64,000 nucleotides of DNA from an uncultured Clostridia bacterium (GCA_947632605.1 CANRPX010000001.1:198416-262415), one strand, 5' to 3'; positions 8,811 to 19,520 are shown, numbered from the stretch's first letter. The notes: generated from the letters alone by a model not told the origin. Numbers and translations: made by a program.

Positions 8811-9416
8811 TTGATTATGATTAATATAGAAGAATTTAAAATAATGAAAGAAAATGCCTTACAAAATCATATTCCAATTATTATGGATGATACTCTAGAA
8901 AAAATAAAAGAAATTCTAAAAGAGAAATCACCTGAAAGAATTTTGGAAATTGGAACAGCTGTAGGATATTCTGCAACTTGTTTTGCAATGTATACAGGAG
9001 AAAATTGTATTATAGATACAATTGAATTAGATGAAGAGAGAGCTAAAGAAGCAATTAAAAATGTGAAGAAAATTGGTGTTGATAGTAAAATTAATATTAT
9101 GATTGGAAATGCTGTTGATATACTTCCAATATTAAATGAACAATATGATATAGTCTTTATTGATGCTGCTAAAAGTAAATATTCAATTTTTTTAGAAGAA
9201 GGATTAAGACTTATAAAAAATGGAGGAATAATTTTAGCAGATAATATTTTATATAAAGGATATGTTATGAGTGATTATAATAAACATAAACAAAGAACAG
9301 CTGTAAGACACTTAAGAGAGTATATAAAAGAAGTTACAGAAAATCCAAATTTAGAAACTGAAATTTTAGAAGTTGGAGATGGACTTGCAATAACAAAAGT
9401 AAATAAAAAAAGCTAA
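8811..9416 (+). CDS. class I SAM-dependent O-methyltransferase (caffeoyl-CoA OMT / YrrM-like family)
   Basis: ILEIGTAVGYS (motif I), DIVFIDAAK, GGIILADN, the typical family-3 O-MT layout. Confidence 0.75.
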   Translation: MIMINIEEFKIMKENALQNHIPIIMDDTLEKIKEILKEKSPERILEIGTAVGYSATCFAMYTGENCIIDTIELDEERAKEAIKNVKKIGVDSKINIMIGNAVDILPILNEQYDIVFIDAAKSKYSIFLEEGLRLIKNGGIILADNILYKGYVMSDYNKHKQRTAVRHLREYIKEVTENPNLETEILEVGDGLAITKVNKKS

Positions 9417-9447
9417 TTGTGAATTTTTATTTGCAATTAGCTTTTTT
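9411..9447 (+). terminator. Rho-independent terminator
   Basis: AGCTAATTG-loop-CAATTAGCT followed by TTTTT. It overlaps the O-MT stop codon. Confidence 0.7.
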
Positions 9448-9567
9448 AATATATTTTTTGTTTTAATTGACTAATTTTTTATATTGTAATAAAATGTTTT
9501 AAACATTTTATATAGTTTAAAATAAAATAAATATATATAAATTCTTTTTATGGAAGGAGTTTTATTT

Positions 9568-10842
9568 ATGATTATTGATGGAAAAGACACATTTGTTACT
9601 ACTATTATAATGGCTGCTGGTAAAGGAACAAGAATGAAATCAAATAAATCTAAATTAGTTCATAAAATTTATGATAAAGAGCTTGTAAGAAGAGTAGCAG
9701 AAGTAGCAATGAAAGTTGGATCTGATGAAATAATAACAGTCGTAGGACATTTAAAAGAACAAATACAAGAAGTTCTTGGTGATTCTGTAAAATATGCATA
9801 TCAAGAAGAACTTTTAGGAACAGGGCATGCAGTTATGCAAGCAGCAAAATTTTTAGAAGGAAAAAAAGGAAAAGCAATTATTCTTTATGGTGATGTGCCA
9901 ATTTTAAGACCAGAAACATTAAATAATTTATTATCAAAAAGTATAAAAAATAAAGAATATGCAACACTTTTAACAGCAATTTATGAAAATCCTACTGGAT
10001 ATGGAAGAATTATTCGTGATGAAGGTGGAAACATAAAAGCAATTGTTGAAGAAAAAGATGCTAACATGTTTGAAAAAGAAATAAAAGAAATTAATTCTGG
10101 TATTTATTGTTTTGATATAGAAGAGTTATTATCAGCATTAAAAAAGATAACTCCAAATAATGTTCAAGGAGAATATTATTTAACAGATGTTATAAAAATA
10201 ATGAATGATAAAGGACTAAAAACTGGAGCTGTTATTGTAGAAGATAATACAGAAATTTTAGGTGTAAATGATAGAGCACAATTAGAACTTTTAACAAGAG
10301 TTTTAAGAATGAGAATTAATTCTGAACACATGGCAAATGGTGTTACAATTGAAGATTCAAATTCTACTTATATTTATGATGATGTAAAAATTGGAACTGA
10401 TACTATTATACATCCAAATACAACAATAAAAAATGGAGTTATAATTGGAGATAATTGTGAAATAGGACCAAATGCATATATTAGAGAAAATTGTATTATT
10501 GGTAATGATGTAAAAGTTGGAAATTTTGTAGAGATAAAAAGAACAAAAGTTGGAAATAAAACAAAATTACCACATTTTATATATTTAGGAGATACAGAAA
10601 TTGGCGAAGAATGTAATGTTGGATGTGGCACAATTACTTGTAATTATGATGGAAAAGAAAAACATAAAACAAAAATTGGAGATAGAGCATTTATTGGTTC
10701 AAATGTAAATTTAGTAGCACCAGTTACTTTAGGAGATGATGTTTTAATAGCTGCTGGTTCTACAATTACAGAAGATGTTCCTTCAGGAAAAATGGGAATT
10801 GCAAGAGAAAGACAAATAAATAAAGATAGAAAAAATAAATAA
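9568..10842 (+). CDS. glmU: bifunctional sugar-1-phosphate nucleotidyltransferase / left-handed beta-helix acetyltransferase (GlmU-like)
   Basis: N-terminal MAAGKGTRM nucleotidyltransferase signature. C-terminal hexapeptide repeats (IGDNCEIGPNAYIRENCIIGNDVKVGNFVEI...). The ATG at 9568 follows GGAAGGAG. It could be a locus-specific paralog rather than the housekeeping glmU. Confidence 0.65.
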   Translation: MIIDGKDTFVTTIIMAAGKGTRMKSNKSKLVHKIYDKELVRRVAEVAMKVGSDEIITVVGHLKEQIQEVLGDSVKYAYQEELLGTGHAVMQAAKFLEGKKGKAIILYGDVPILRPETLNNLLSKSIKNKEYATLLTAIYENPTGYGRIIRDEGGNIKAIVEEKDANMFEKEIKEINSGIYCFDIEELLSALKKITPNNVQGEYYLTDVIKIMNDKGLKTGAVIVEDNTEILGVNDRAQLELLTRVLRMRINSEHMANGVTIEDSNSTYIYDDVKIGTDTIIHPNTTIKNGVIIGDNCEIGPNAYIRENCIIGNDVKVGNFVEIKRTKVGNKTKLPHFIYLGDTEIGEECNVGCGTITCNYDGKEKHKTKIGDRAFIGSNVNLVAPVTLGDDVLIAAGSTITEDVPSGKMGIARERQINKDRKNK

Positions 10843-10899
10843 ATAAAAGGAGAAAGATAAGTAATAACTTTTTAAGTTATTACTTATTATAATGTAAAA

Positions 10900-12084
10900 A
10901 TGAATAAAAAAATGTATGAAAAAATTATAGATAATAGATTTAAAATTTCAGGAATATTAATTATACTTTTCGGAATTATAGGATTTTTTATTAATAATAT
11001 AAATGTAAAAGATTGGATATTAACAACAGATAAATCATTTTGTTTTTGGTGGAATATTAAATTTTTTACTCTAATTTTATTAAGTTATGATTTGTTTTTT
11101 CTAATAACTAATAAAAATAAGAAATTAGCATTTATTGGTTCTATATTAATAAGTTTTTCTAGTTCTGTTCAATGGAATCTTAATAATATAGATTCATTAA
11201 TAGTTGGAGAATTATTAACATTATTAGTTCAAAATTATTTTGATAAAAATAAAAAAGTTTTAATTTCTATATTATTTATTGTTTTTTCAATAATATATAC
11301 TTTTACCTTTAGACCTTATGCAGTAGCATTTGGATATTTATTTTTAGCATTAATTATTTGGATAATAATAAAAAATATTTGTAATATCAAAAATAATAAA
11401 AAAGAAATTTTACTTGGAACTGGTACTATTTTGATAAGTATTGTAGGAATGATAATTAGTGCATTATTTTTTAATAATCATAATATAGAATATTCTAATT
11501 TAAATCAAACAGGAATTAGCACATTATACTCATATTTATATGCAATTTTATTACCATTTAATAAATTTGATGGAAGAGAATTGTTAAGCAGTTTTATATC
11601 TATTTTTCCAATTCCAATGATGATTAGTTTATATTATTTATATAAAAAAGAAGATCACTCAGAATTTTTATTGCCAATAACAATTGTAACTGTTTTAGAA
11701 ACTGTATTTTGCATATCTGGTTTTCCAAGTATTATTTCAAAAGTTACGCTATTTTCACAGACTAATGCTTTAAGAACAATGTCATCAGTTTCTTTAGCAA
11801 ATTTGATTATAATATTCTATTTTTTAGGAAATGTAGAAGAGGAATTATTTAAAATAAAATATTCTATGAGAATAACAATAATAACTGCTTGTATATTAAT
11901 ATTTGTTAGTTTTCCAACAGTTTTTTTAAGTAGAATTTTTATGTATTTGTTTGTAGCTGAATTCACATTACTTACATTTTTATTTTTAAACTTTGGAGAT
12001 AAAAAATATCAAAAAGTATTATTATTTTTCTTAATATTAACTACTTTAATATCTGGAATACCTGTAAATTTTTTAATAATGTGA
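10900..12084 (+). CDS. polytopic integral membrane protein (about 10 or more TM), function unknown
   Basis: Hydrophobic throughout. First gene of the polysaccharide region. Confidence 0.45.
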   Translation: MNKKMYEKIIDNRFKISGILIILFGIIGFFINNINVKDWILTTDKSFCFWWNIKFFTLILLSYDLFFLITNKNKKLAFIGSILISFSSSVQWNLNNIDSLIVGELLTLLVQNYFDKNKKVLISILFIVFSIIYTFTFRPYAVAFGYLFLALIIWIIIKNICNIKNNKKEILLGTGTILISIVGMIISALFFNNHNIEYSNLNQTGISTLYSYLYAILLPFNKFDGRELLSSFISIFPIPMMISLYYLYKKEDHSEFLLPITIVTVLETVFCISGFPSIISKVTLFSQTNALRTMSSVSLANLIIIFYFLGNVEEELFKIKYSMRITIITACILIFVSFPTVFLSRIFMYLFVAEFTLLTFLFLNFGDKKYQKVLLFFLILTTLISGIPVNFLIM

Positions 12085-12121
12085 AATTTTTGTGATGAAT
12101 GTGAAAAGTGTGCAAAAACCT

Positions 12122-12149
12122 TTGACAAGTGTTTTTCCTGTGATATAAT
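12122..12149 (+). promoter_or_regulatory. consensus sigma-A promoter TTGACA-16-TGaTATAAT driving the rfb operon
   Basis: Perfect -35 at 12122-12127 and an extended -10 TGATATAAT at 12141-12149. The RBS AAAGGGG precedes rfbD. Confidence 0.6.
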
Positions 12150-12216
12150 GTGTGCATATTTAGAAAGTAAAAAAGAAAGGGGTTAGATTTTTAATCTAAT
12201 AAGTAGAGAAAGCAAA

Positions 12217-13077
12217 ATGAAAAAAGTGTTTTTAATTGGAGCAGATGGAATGCTTGGAGGAGAATTAAAAGAAAGATTAGAAAAGAATTATGAAGTTGTA
12301 GGAACAACAATAGAAACATTAGATATTTGTGATAAAGCAGCAGTTCTTGCTAAAGCAAAAGAAGTAAAACCTTATTTTATAATTAACTGTGCAGCATTTA
12401 CAAATGTTGATGCATGTGAAGTAAAAGAAGATTTAGCATTGGCTGTAAATGGAACAGCTCTAGAAAATATTGCAGAAGCAACAAAACAAGAAAATGCTAC
12501 TTTAATACATATTAGTACGGATTATGTTTTTGCAGGAAATAAACCTATTGACGAAATATACACAGAAGATATGGAACCAAATCCAGTAAGTGCTTATGGT
12601 AGAACAAAACTTGTAGGTGAGCAAAATGCTAAAAAAGCAGAAAAATATTATATCTTAAGAACAGCATGGCTTTATGGATTAGGTGGAAAAAACTTTGTAA
12701 AAACAATGCTTAAATTATCTGAAACACATGATGAAATATCTGTTGTAGATGACCAACATGGAAGTCCAACTTCAACAACAACACTTTGTGAGATAATAGA
12801 AAAAATTATGGAAAAAGAACCAGAATATGGTATATATCATTCAACAAACGAAGGATTTACAACTTGGTGCAAGTTTACTAAAAAAATATTTGAATATGCA
12901 AATATTAAAACAAATGTAAAAGCAATAACTTCAGAAGAATATAAAGCAATGTATCCTGCATCTAGTGATAGACCAAAGAATAGTCAATTATCAAAAGATA
13001 AATTAAAAAGAGTTGGAATTGTTCCAGCAAATTGGGAAGATGCTCTAAAAGAATATTTGAAGGAGGAATTGAAATAA
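12217..13077 (+). CDS. rfbD: dTDP-4-dehydrorhamnose reductase
   Basis: GADGMLG Rossmann motif, YxxxK in SAYGRTK, about 286 aa RmlD architecture. Confidence 0.85.
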   Translation: MKKVFLIGADGMLGGELKERLEKNYEVVGTTIETLDICDKAAVLAKAKEVKPYFIINCAAFTNVDACEVKEDLALAVNGTALENIAEATKQENATLIHISTDYVFAGNKPIDEIYTEDMEPNPVSAYGRTKLVGEQNAKKAEKYYILRTAWLYGLGGKNFVKTMLKLSETHDEISVVDDQHGSPTSTTTLCEIIEKIMEKEPEYGIYHSTNEGFTTWCKFTKKIFEYANIKTNVKAITSEEYKAMYPASSDRPKNSQLSKDKLKRVGIVPANWEDALKEYLKEELK

Positions 13078-13994
13078 TGAAAGGTATTATTTTAGCAGGA
13101 GGTAGTGCTACAAGATTGTATCCAGTAACACTAGCTGTATCAAAACAAATGTTACCAGTATATGATAAGCCAATGATTTATTATCCTTTATCAACTTTAA
13201 TGATGGCAGGAATAAGAGAAGTATTAATTATTTCTACACCTGTTCACTTACCAGCATTTGAAAGTTTATTAGGTGATGGTTCTAGATTTGGAATGAAATT
13301 AGAATATAAAGTTCAAGAAAAACCAGTTGGACTAGCTGATGCTTTTATTCTTGGAGAAGATTTTATTGGAAAAGATAATGTAGCTTTAATTTTAGGTGAT
13401 AATATGATATATGGTTCAAGAGTAGAAAGAGTTTTAAGAGCTGCAAGTCATTTAAAAGAAGGTGGAATAATTTTTGGATATCAAGTTGCAGATCCAACTT
13501 CTTATGGAGTTGTAGAAATAGATAAAAATGGAAAAGCTTTATCTATTGAAGAAAAACCAAAAGAACCAAAATCTCATTTTGCTGTTCCAGGAATTTATTT
13601 TTATGATAATGATGTTGTAAAAATTGCAAAAGCTATAAAACCTTCAGATAGAGGGGAATTAGAAATAACAGATGTAAATAAAAAATATATGGAAAACGGA
13701 AAACTAAATGTTATACCTTTAGGAAATGGATATGCTTGGTTTGATACAGGTTCTGCAGATAGATTATCAGATGCTTCAGATTATGTAAAAGCAATAGAGT
13801 TAAGACAAGGAACACAAATTGCTTGCTTAGAAGAAATTGCTTATAGAAATGAATGGATATCTAAAGAAGATTTATTAACTGAAGCAAATAAATATAAGAA
13901 AACAGAATATGGAAAATATTTAAAAAGAATTGCAGACCAAGATTATAAAGAGTATAAAGAAATATATGAAAGTGATTTATTTAATGCAAATTAA
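13077..13994 (+). CDS. rfbA: glucose-1-phosphate thymidylyltransferase
   Basis: MKGIILAGGSATRLYPVT... canonical RmlA N-terminus. TAATG start/stop overlap with rfbD. Confidence 0.9.
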   Translation: MKGIILAGGSATRLYPVTLAVSKQMLPVYDKPMIYYPLSTLMMAGIREVLIISTPVHLPAFESLLGDGSRFGMKLEYKVQEKPVGLADAFILGEDFIGKDNVALILGDNMIYGSRVERVLRAASHLKEGGIIFGYQVADPTSYGVVEIDKNGKALSIEEKPKEPKSHFAVPGIYFYDNDVVKIAKAIKPSDRGELEITDVNKKYMENGKLNVIPLGNGYAWFDTGSADRLSDASDYVKAIELRQGTQIACLEEIAYRNEWISKEDLLTEANKYKKTEYGKYLKRIADQDYKEYKEIYESDLFNAN

Positions 13995-14023
13995 AATTAA
14001 AACTAAAAATGTGTGTAATGTTG

Positions 14024-14056
14024 AGCTGTAAAGTATTTTACAGCTTAATATTTTAG
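14024..14056 (+). terminator. putative Rho-independent terminator (AGCTGTAAA-gtat-TTTACAGCT + T-rich)
   Basis: 9-bp stem and a T-rich tail after rfbA. Confidence 0.45.
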
Positions 14057-14130
14057 TATCATATATACTTGAAAAATAATATTTTTTTTGATATAAAATA
14101 ATAGAAAAATTTAAGAAAAAGGAGATAAAA

Positions 14131-14715
14131 ATGGGTAAATTTACTAGAATAGATACTTCAATAGAAGGAGTATATGTAATCGAACCAACAGTATTTGGAG
14201 ATAACAGAGGTTATTTTATGGAAACTTATAGTATGCCAGATTTTGCTGAAATAGGCATAACAAATAACTTTGTACAAGATAATCAATCAAAATCAAAAAA
14301 AGGTGTTTTAAGAGGATTACATTTTCAAAAAGAAAATACACAAGCAAAACTTGTTAGATGTATAAAAGGTGAAGTATTTGATGTTGCAGTTGACCTAAGA
14401 CCAGGAAGTAAAACTTATGGAAAATGGGAAGGTGTAATTTTATCAGAAGAAAATAAAAAAATGTTTATGATTCCTAGAGGATTTGCACATGGATTTTTAG
14501 TTCTTTCAGAAGAGGCTGAATTTAGTTATAAATGTGATGATGTATATAATCATTCAGCAGAAGGTGGATTAAAATGGGACGATCCAGAAATAGGAATAGT
14601 TTGGCCAGAAGTTCCAGGTATGAAACCAGAAGAATATTTAACTTCTGAAAAAGATAGTAAATGGCCAACATTAGAAGAATTAAGAAAAACAGATTTATTT
14701 TCAAATTTAAAATAA
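14131..14715 (+). CDS. rfbC: dTDP-4-dehydrorhamnose 3,5-epimerase
   Basis: RGLHFQ, FDVAVDLR and GFAHGFLVLS motifs of RmlC. Confidence 0.9.
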   Translation: MGKFTRIDTSIEGVYVIEPTVFGDNRGYFMETYSMPDFAEIGITNNFVQDNQSKSKKGVLRGLHFQKENTQAKLVRCIKGEVFDVAVDLRPGSKTYGKWEGVILSEENKKMFMIPRGFAHGFLVLSEEAEFSYKCDDVYNHSAEGGLKWDDPEIGIVWPEVPGMKPEEYLTSEKDSKWPTLEELRKTDLFSNLK

Positions 14716-14725
14716 AGGTATTAAG

Positions 14726-15502
14726 ATGATAGATATATTAAAAGCTAAAAGTTATTTTAAAGAATATGTTTCAAATTATGATGTTAATGATCCAAGAATT
14801 AAATTAAAAATTATTCACATAAATCATGTTTCAGAAAATTCAAAACAAATTGCTAAATTTTTAAATTTACCAAAAGAAGAACAAGACTTAGCTGAGCTAA
14901 TAGGATTACTTCATGATATTGGAAGATTTGAACAATTAAAAATATATGGAACTTTTTCTGATAGAAATAGTATTAATCACGCAGAAAAAGGTGTTGAAAT
15001 ATTATTTAAAGATAATTTAATTAGAAATTTTATAGAAGATACAAGTTATGATAATATAATTTATAAAGCTATAAAAAATCACAATCCACTTAAAATTGAA
15101 GATGGACTATCTGAAGAAGAACTATTACATACAAAGATAATTAGAGATGCAGATAAATTAGATATTTATAGAGTTTTTCTTGATAGTAAATTAGAAGATT
15201 GTGTGCATTTAAAAACTGATGATGTATCAAAAGAAATCTTAAGTCCAGAATATTTTGAAGATTTTCCAAAACAAGAATTATTGTTATATGCAAATATAAA
15301 ATCAAATATGGATTTTATGGTGGCTTGTCTATCATATATATATGATTTTAATTTTATAGATACATTAAAAATTGTTAAAGAAAAAGACTATATTACTAAG
15401 ATTATTAAAAAAATAGATGCAAAAGATAAATATACAAAAGAAAAATTGGATGAAATAAATGTTATTGCTATGGACTTTATAAATAAAAAAATAAATAATT
15501 AA
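14726..15502 (+). CDS. HD-domain phosphohydrolase-family protein inserted between rfbC and rfbB
   Basis: H...LLHDIGR metal-binding HD motif. About 258 aa. Confidence 0.65.
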   Translation: MIDILKAKSYFKEYVSNYDVNDPRIKLKIIHINHVSENSKQIAKFLNLPKEEQDLAELIGLLHDIGRFEQLKIYGTFSDRNSINHAEKGVEILFKDNLIRNFIEDTSYDNIIYKAIKNHNPLKIEDGLSEEELLHTKIIRDADKLDIYRVFLDSKLEDCVHLKTDDVSKEILSPEYFEDFPKQELLLYANIKSNMDFMVACLSYIYDFNFIDTLKIVKEKDYITKIIKKIDAKDKYTKEKLDEINVIAMDFINKKINN

Positions 15503-15518
15503 TTTTTAGGAGGAAAAA

Positions 15519-16490
15519 ATGAAAAATATATTAGTTACAGGTGCAGCAGGTTTTATTGGTGCAAATTTTGCAGAATTAATGGTTAAAAAATATGAAGGAA
15601 AATACAATATTATTGTATATGATAAATTAACTTATGCTGGAAATTTGCATAACTTAGATGGAATAAAAGATAAAATTACTTTTGTTAAAGGAGATATATG
15701 TGATTTTGATTTTGTTATGGAAACATACAAAAAATACAATATTGATGCAGTAGTTCATTTTGCAGCAGAATCACATGTTGATAATAGTATTAAAAATCCT
15801 TTTATATTTACACATACAAATGTAATTGGAACACATACACTTTTAGAAGCTGCAAAACAATTTTGGGGTGAAGGTAGCCCAAATAAATTTGTACATGTTT
15901 CAACAGATGAAGTATATGGAACACTTGGAGAAACAGGATATTTTACAGAAACTTCTCCTATTAAACCAAATAGTCCATATTCAGCATCAAAAGCATCATC
16001 AGATTTAGTTGCTTTAGCTTATAGTGAAACATATAAAATGAATGTAAGTGTAACAAACTGTTCAAATAATTATGGACCATATCAACATCATGAAAAATTA
16101 ATACCACACATGATTTCTATGGCTTTAAAAGATGAAAAATTACCTGTATATGGAAAAGGATTAAATATTAGAGATTGGCTTTACGTAGAAGATCACTGTG
16201 AAGCAATTGATATAATTTTACATAAAGGCAAAAAAGGTGAAAGATATAATATTGGTGGACACAATGAAAAAAGAAATATAGAAATTGTTAAACTAATATT
16301 AGAAAGACTTGGAAAACCAGAATCTTTAATTTCTTATGTAGAAGATAGAAAAGGACATGATTACAGATATGCAATAGATCCTACTAAATTAAAAAATGAA
16401 TTTGGATGGGAACCAAAAACAATGTTTAAAGATGGAATTGTTAAAACAATAGATTGGTATTTAGCACATCCAGAATATTTAATGAAATAA
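15519..16490 (+). CDS. rfbB: dTDP-glucose 4,6-dehydratase
   Basis: VTGAAGFIG, the YSASKASSD catalytic triad region, about 323 aa RmlB. Confidence 0.9.
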   Translation: MKNILVTGAAGFIGANFAELMVKKYEGKYNIIVYDKLTYAGNLHNLDGIKDKITFVKGDICDFDFVMETYKKYNIDAVVHFAAESHVDNSIKNPFIFTHTNVIGTHTLLEAAKQFWGEGSPNKFVHVSTDEVYGTLGETGYFTETSPIKPNSPYSASKASSDLVALAYSETYKMNVSVTNCSNNYGPYQHHEKLIPHMISMALKDEKLPVYGKGLNIRDWLYVEDHCEAIDIILHKGKKGERYNIGGHNEKRNIEIVKLILERLGKPESLISYVEDRKGHDYRYAIDPTKLKNEFGWEPKTMFKDGIVKTIDWYLAHPEYLMK

Positions 16491-16505
16491 AAAATAAAAA
16501 TTTTT

Positions 16506-16540
16506 AAATCCTAAATTATTTAATAATTTAGGATTTTTTT
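16506..16540 (+). terminator. Rho-independent terminator
   Basis: AAATCCTAAATTAT-loop-ATAATTTAGGATT followed by T7. Confidence 0.75.
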
Positions 16541-16637
16541 AAGTGAAATTAATTAACAATAAAATTCCAAATAGATATTGATGTGAAATTTGAAAAGTGA
16601 TAAAATCTAAAAGAATAAAAACGATTTGGAGATAAAA

Positions 16638-18389
16638 ATGCAAATTTTAAAAATTATTTTGCTTATAATTTCTTTTGTAGGATATTATATAATTTTAAAA
16701 AGAAAAACAAATATTAAAGAAGAATTTATACCAATATTTTTATTTTCTACAATAGGAGTTGCAGAATTTCTAGCAGGAATTTTAAATTTCATGAAATTAG
16801 CAACAATATGTATATGTGGAATTGGTATAATATTTTTCATAAAAGAAGTTTTTTTAATAATAAAAAACAAAGAAAAATTTAAATTCAATTTTAACTTTTT
16901 ATTTTTTATAATTATAGGATTATTATTTTTATATATTTTAAAAGATGCATATTTAATTCACTATGACAATTTTTCACATTGGGGAATGATAGTAAAAGAA
17001 ATTTTAGCAGAAAATAGATTACCAAATTTTAAATCTACAAATATTATATTTACATCATACCCACCAGGAACAGCTTGTTTTATATATTATATTTGTAAAT
17101 TTTTAGGAAATTCAGAAGGAATGATGTTATTTTCTCAAAGCTTATTAATTTTAGCTGGACTTTATTCATTTCTAACTTTCTGCGATAAAGATAAAAAAGT
17201 TAATTATATTTATGTAATTTTGATGAGTGCGTATTTATTAGTAGCGAATATATTTATAAATCAACTATTAGTAGATACTGTAATACCAATTATGGCATTA
17301 TCTGCACTTGCAATAATTATCAAATATAAAGAAGATAGCAAAAGCGCATTGGTATATTCTATACCAATACTATCATTACTAATGATAGTAAAGAATTCTG
17401 GTTGCTTTTTTATAATAATCGATTTAATTGTTTGGTTTATATATTTTATAAAAAATGTAGGAATAAAAAATATATTTAAACAAAAATATTTATTATTGAT
17501 TTTTATACCAGTAGTTTTAATCTTTTTATGGTCTTGCCATATAAAATTGGTTTTTGATAATGCTGAGAATTCAAAACATGCAGTGTCAATTTCTAATTAT
17601 ACAAACACATTTGCTGAAAAAGAAGAATCAGATTTTAAATTTATTCTTGAGAAAATGTTTGATAAAATGAAATCATTAGAAGATAAACAAAATAGGATTG
17701 TTTTAGTTTCTACTTTAGGCTTTTTATTAATGATTATTTGCTTTTTCAAAAATAAAGATTTAAGAAAATTTATTATTGGATTTTTTGCTTTATTTGTTAT
17801 TACATATATTTTATATACAATAAGCTTATATGTTATGTATTTATTTTCAATGCCAATCAATGAGGCTAGAAATTTGTCAGGATATTCAAGATATTATTCT
17901 ACATTAATTATGTTTTTATATGGTTTAACTGTAATTGCAATATTAAATTGTGATAAAATAGAATTTAAATCAAATGCGAAAATAAAGAATATATTAATAA
18001 AAATCGTTTTTTTAGTATTAGTTATAATTCCAGTTGTTTTTTATAAAAATAACTTAAAATCATTGTATACAAAACAAACTCTTTCTAAAGATTCTTTAAG
18101 ATATGAACTTGTGAATGTAAAAGCACAAAATAATATTGAAGAAAACAAAAGTTATTTAATTTATATTTCAAATGATGAAAATATTGAAAAAGGATATTTA
18201 TCTCATATATGTAGATATGAGTTTAGAAGTGGAAATGTAAAAGTTATAAATAATTTTGAAGAATTAAGAAATATGGATGAAGTCTTTGATTATGATTATT
18301 TTGTGATTTTAAGAAAAGATGAAAAAACATTAGAATTTATAGATATAATTAAAGGAGATATAAATCAAAATGTTATCAGATTTAGATAA
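16638..18389 (+). CDS. large polytopic membrane protein with a C-terminal extracytoplasmic domain (GT-C-like / polymer-modifying candidate)
   Basis: More than 10 TM in the first 430 aa, then a soluble tail of about 150 aa. The ATG at 16638 follows GGAG; the ORF track starts at TTG 16626. Confidence 0.45.
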   Translation: MQILKIILLIISFVGYYIILKRKTNIKEEFIPIFLFSTIGVAEFLAGILNFMKLATICICGIGIIFFIKEVFLIIKNKEKFKFNFNFLFFIIIGLLFLYILKDAYLIHYDNFSHWGMIVKEILAENRLPNFKSTNIIFTSYPPGTACFIYYICKFLGNSEGMMLFSQSLLILAGLYSFLTFCDKDKKVNYIYVILMSAYLLVANIFINQLLVDTVIPIMALSALAIIIKYKEDSKSALVYSIPILSLLMIVKNSGCFFIIIDLIVWFIYFIKNVGIKNIFKQKYLLLIFIPVVLIFLWSCHIKLVFDNAENSKHAVSISNYTNTFAEKEESDFKFILEKMFDKMKSLEDKQNRIVLVSTLGFLLMIICFFKNKDLRKFIIGFFALFVITYILYTISLYVMYLFSMPINEARNLSGYSRYYSTLIMFLYGLTVIAILNCDKIEFKSNAKIKNILIKIVFLVLVIIPVVFYKNNLKSLYTKQTLSKDSLRYELVNVKAQNNIEENKSYLIYISNDENIEKGYLSHICRYEFRSGNVKVINNFEELRNMDEVFDYDYFVILRKDEKTLEFIDIIKGDINQNVIRFR

Positions 18390-19458
18390 AAATAATGAAT
18401 TTTTTATTCTAATACCATCACTTAATCCAACTAATGATTTAATTGTATATATAGATGAATTAATAAAAAATAATTTTACAAATATAATTGTTGTAAATGA
18501 TGGAAGTAAAAAAGAATGTGATGAGATTTTTAAAGCAATTGAAAGAAAAAAAGAGTGCATTTTATTAAAACATGAAACTAATTTAGGCAAAGGAAAAGCA
18601 CTTAAAGATGGATTAGAATATTTTAAAAACTTGGAAACTTTTAGCAATTTTGTCGGAATAATTACAGTAGATTCTGATGGTCAGCATTTAGTTTCAGATG
18701 TTAAAAAAATAGCTGAAAAAATGAAAGAAAATCCTAATTCTTTAATATTGGGAACAAGAGACTTTTCAAAAAGTAATGTACCTCCTAAAAGCAGTTTTGG
18801 AAATAAGACAACATCAAATGTTTTTAAATTGTTGTATGGAGTTAAAATATCTGATACACAAACAGGCTTAAGAGGAATACCTAGTGGTTTAATAGAAGAA
18901 TTTATACATATTTCAGGAAATAGATTTGAATATGAAACAAATATGTTAATAGAATGCATATTGAATAAAATAGAAATGATAGAAGTTCCAATTACAACTG
19001 TATATATAGATAACAATTCTGGTACAAGCTTTAGACCAATACATGATTCTGTATCAATTTATTGGAAAATATTAAATTCATTTATAAAATATTCAGTGGT
19101 ATCTATAATATCATGTGTTATTGATATTTTGCTATTTCAATTGTTTTTAATGAATTTTAAATTTAATTTGTCACCTACAGTAATTATAGTAATTGCTACT
19201 GTTTTAGCAAGAATAATATCTTCTTTAGTAAATTATATATTAAATAAAAAATATTCATTTAATAGTAAGAAGAATGTAAAAAATACAATTATAAAATACT
19301 ATATTTTATGCTTAATTGCAATGATAGCTTCTGCAAGTTTAGTTTCTATAATATATAATTTTACAAAAATACCAGAAGTTGCAATAAAAATTGTTGTAGA
19401 TACAATTATTTTCTTTATAAATTATAGAGTTCAAAGAGTTTTTATATTTAATAAATAG
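18370..19458 (+). CDS. family 2 glycosyltransferase fused to a GtrA-like C-terminal membrane domain (polyprenyl-phosphate sugar synthase type)
   Basis: N-terminal GT2 (ILIPSLNP...VVNDGS, DSDGQH DXD). C-terminal four-helix GtrA-like region. Confidence 0.65.
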   Translation: MLSDLDKNNEFFILIPSLNPTNDLIVYIDELIKNNFTNIIVVNDGSKKECDEIFKAIERKKECILLKHETNLGKGKALKDGLEYFKNLETFSNFVGIITVDSDGQHLVSDVKKIAEKMKENPNSLILGTRDFSKSNVPPKSSFGNKTTSNVFKLLYGVKISDTQTGLRGIPSGLIEEFIHISGNRFEYETNMLIECILNKIEMIEVPITTVYIDNNSGTSFRPIHDSVSIYWKILNSFIKYSVVSIISCVIDILLFQLFLMNFKFNLSPTVIIVIATVLARIISSLVNYILNKKYSFNSKKNVKNTIIKYYILCLIAMIASASLVSIIYNFTKIPEVAIKIVVDTIIFFINYRVQRVFIFNK

Positions 19459-19520
19459 ATTATTTTTTAAAAAGGTGATATAATAATAATGATAAATTAC
19501 TGTATAAGGAGGGTTTTGAC

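Noticed and set aside
10374-10631. 85-aa minus-strand ORF within the glmU-like gene
   Set aside because: It is antisense to the hexapeptide-repeat region of a confidently assigned CDS, and no independent signals support it.
9568-10842. Calling this the housekeeping glmU outright
   Set aside because: The nucleotidyltransferase plus LbH-acetyltransferase architecture fits GlmU. Its placement at the head of a polysaccharide locus, and its length slightly shorter than typical GlmU, leave open that it is a pathway-specific paralog, so it is kept as GlmU-like.
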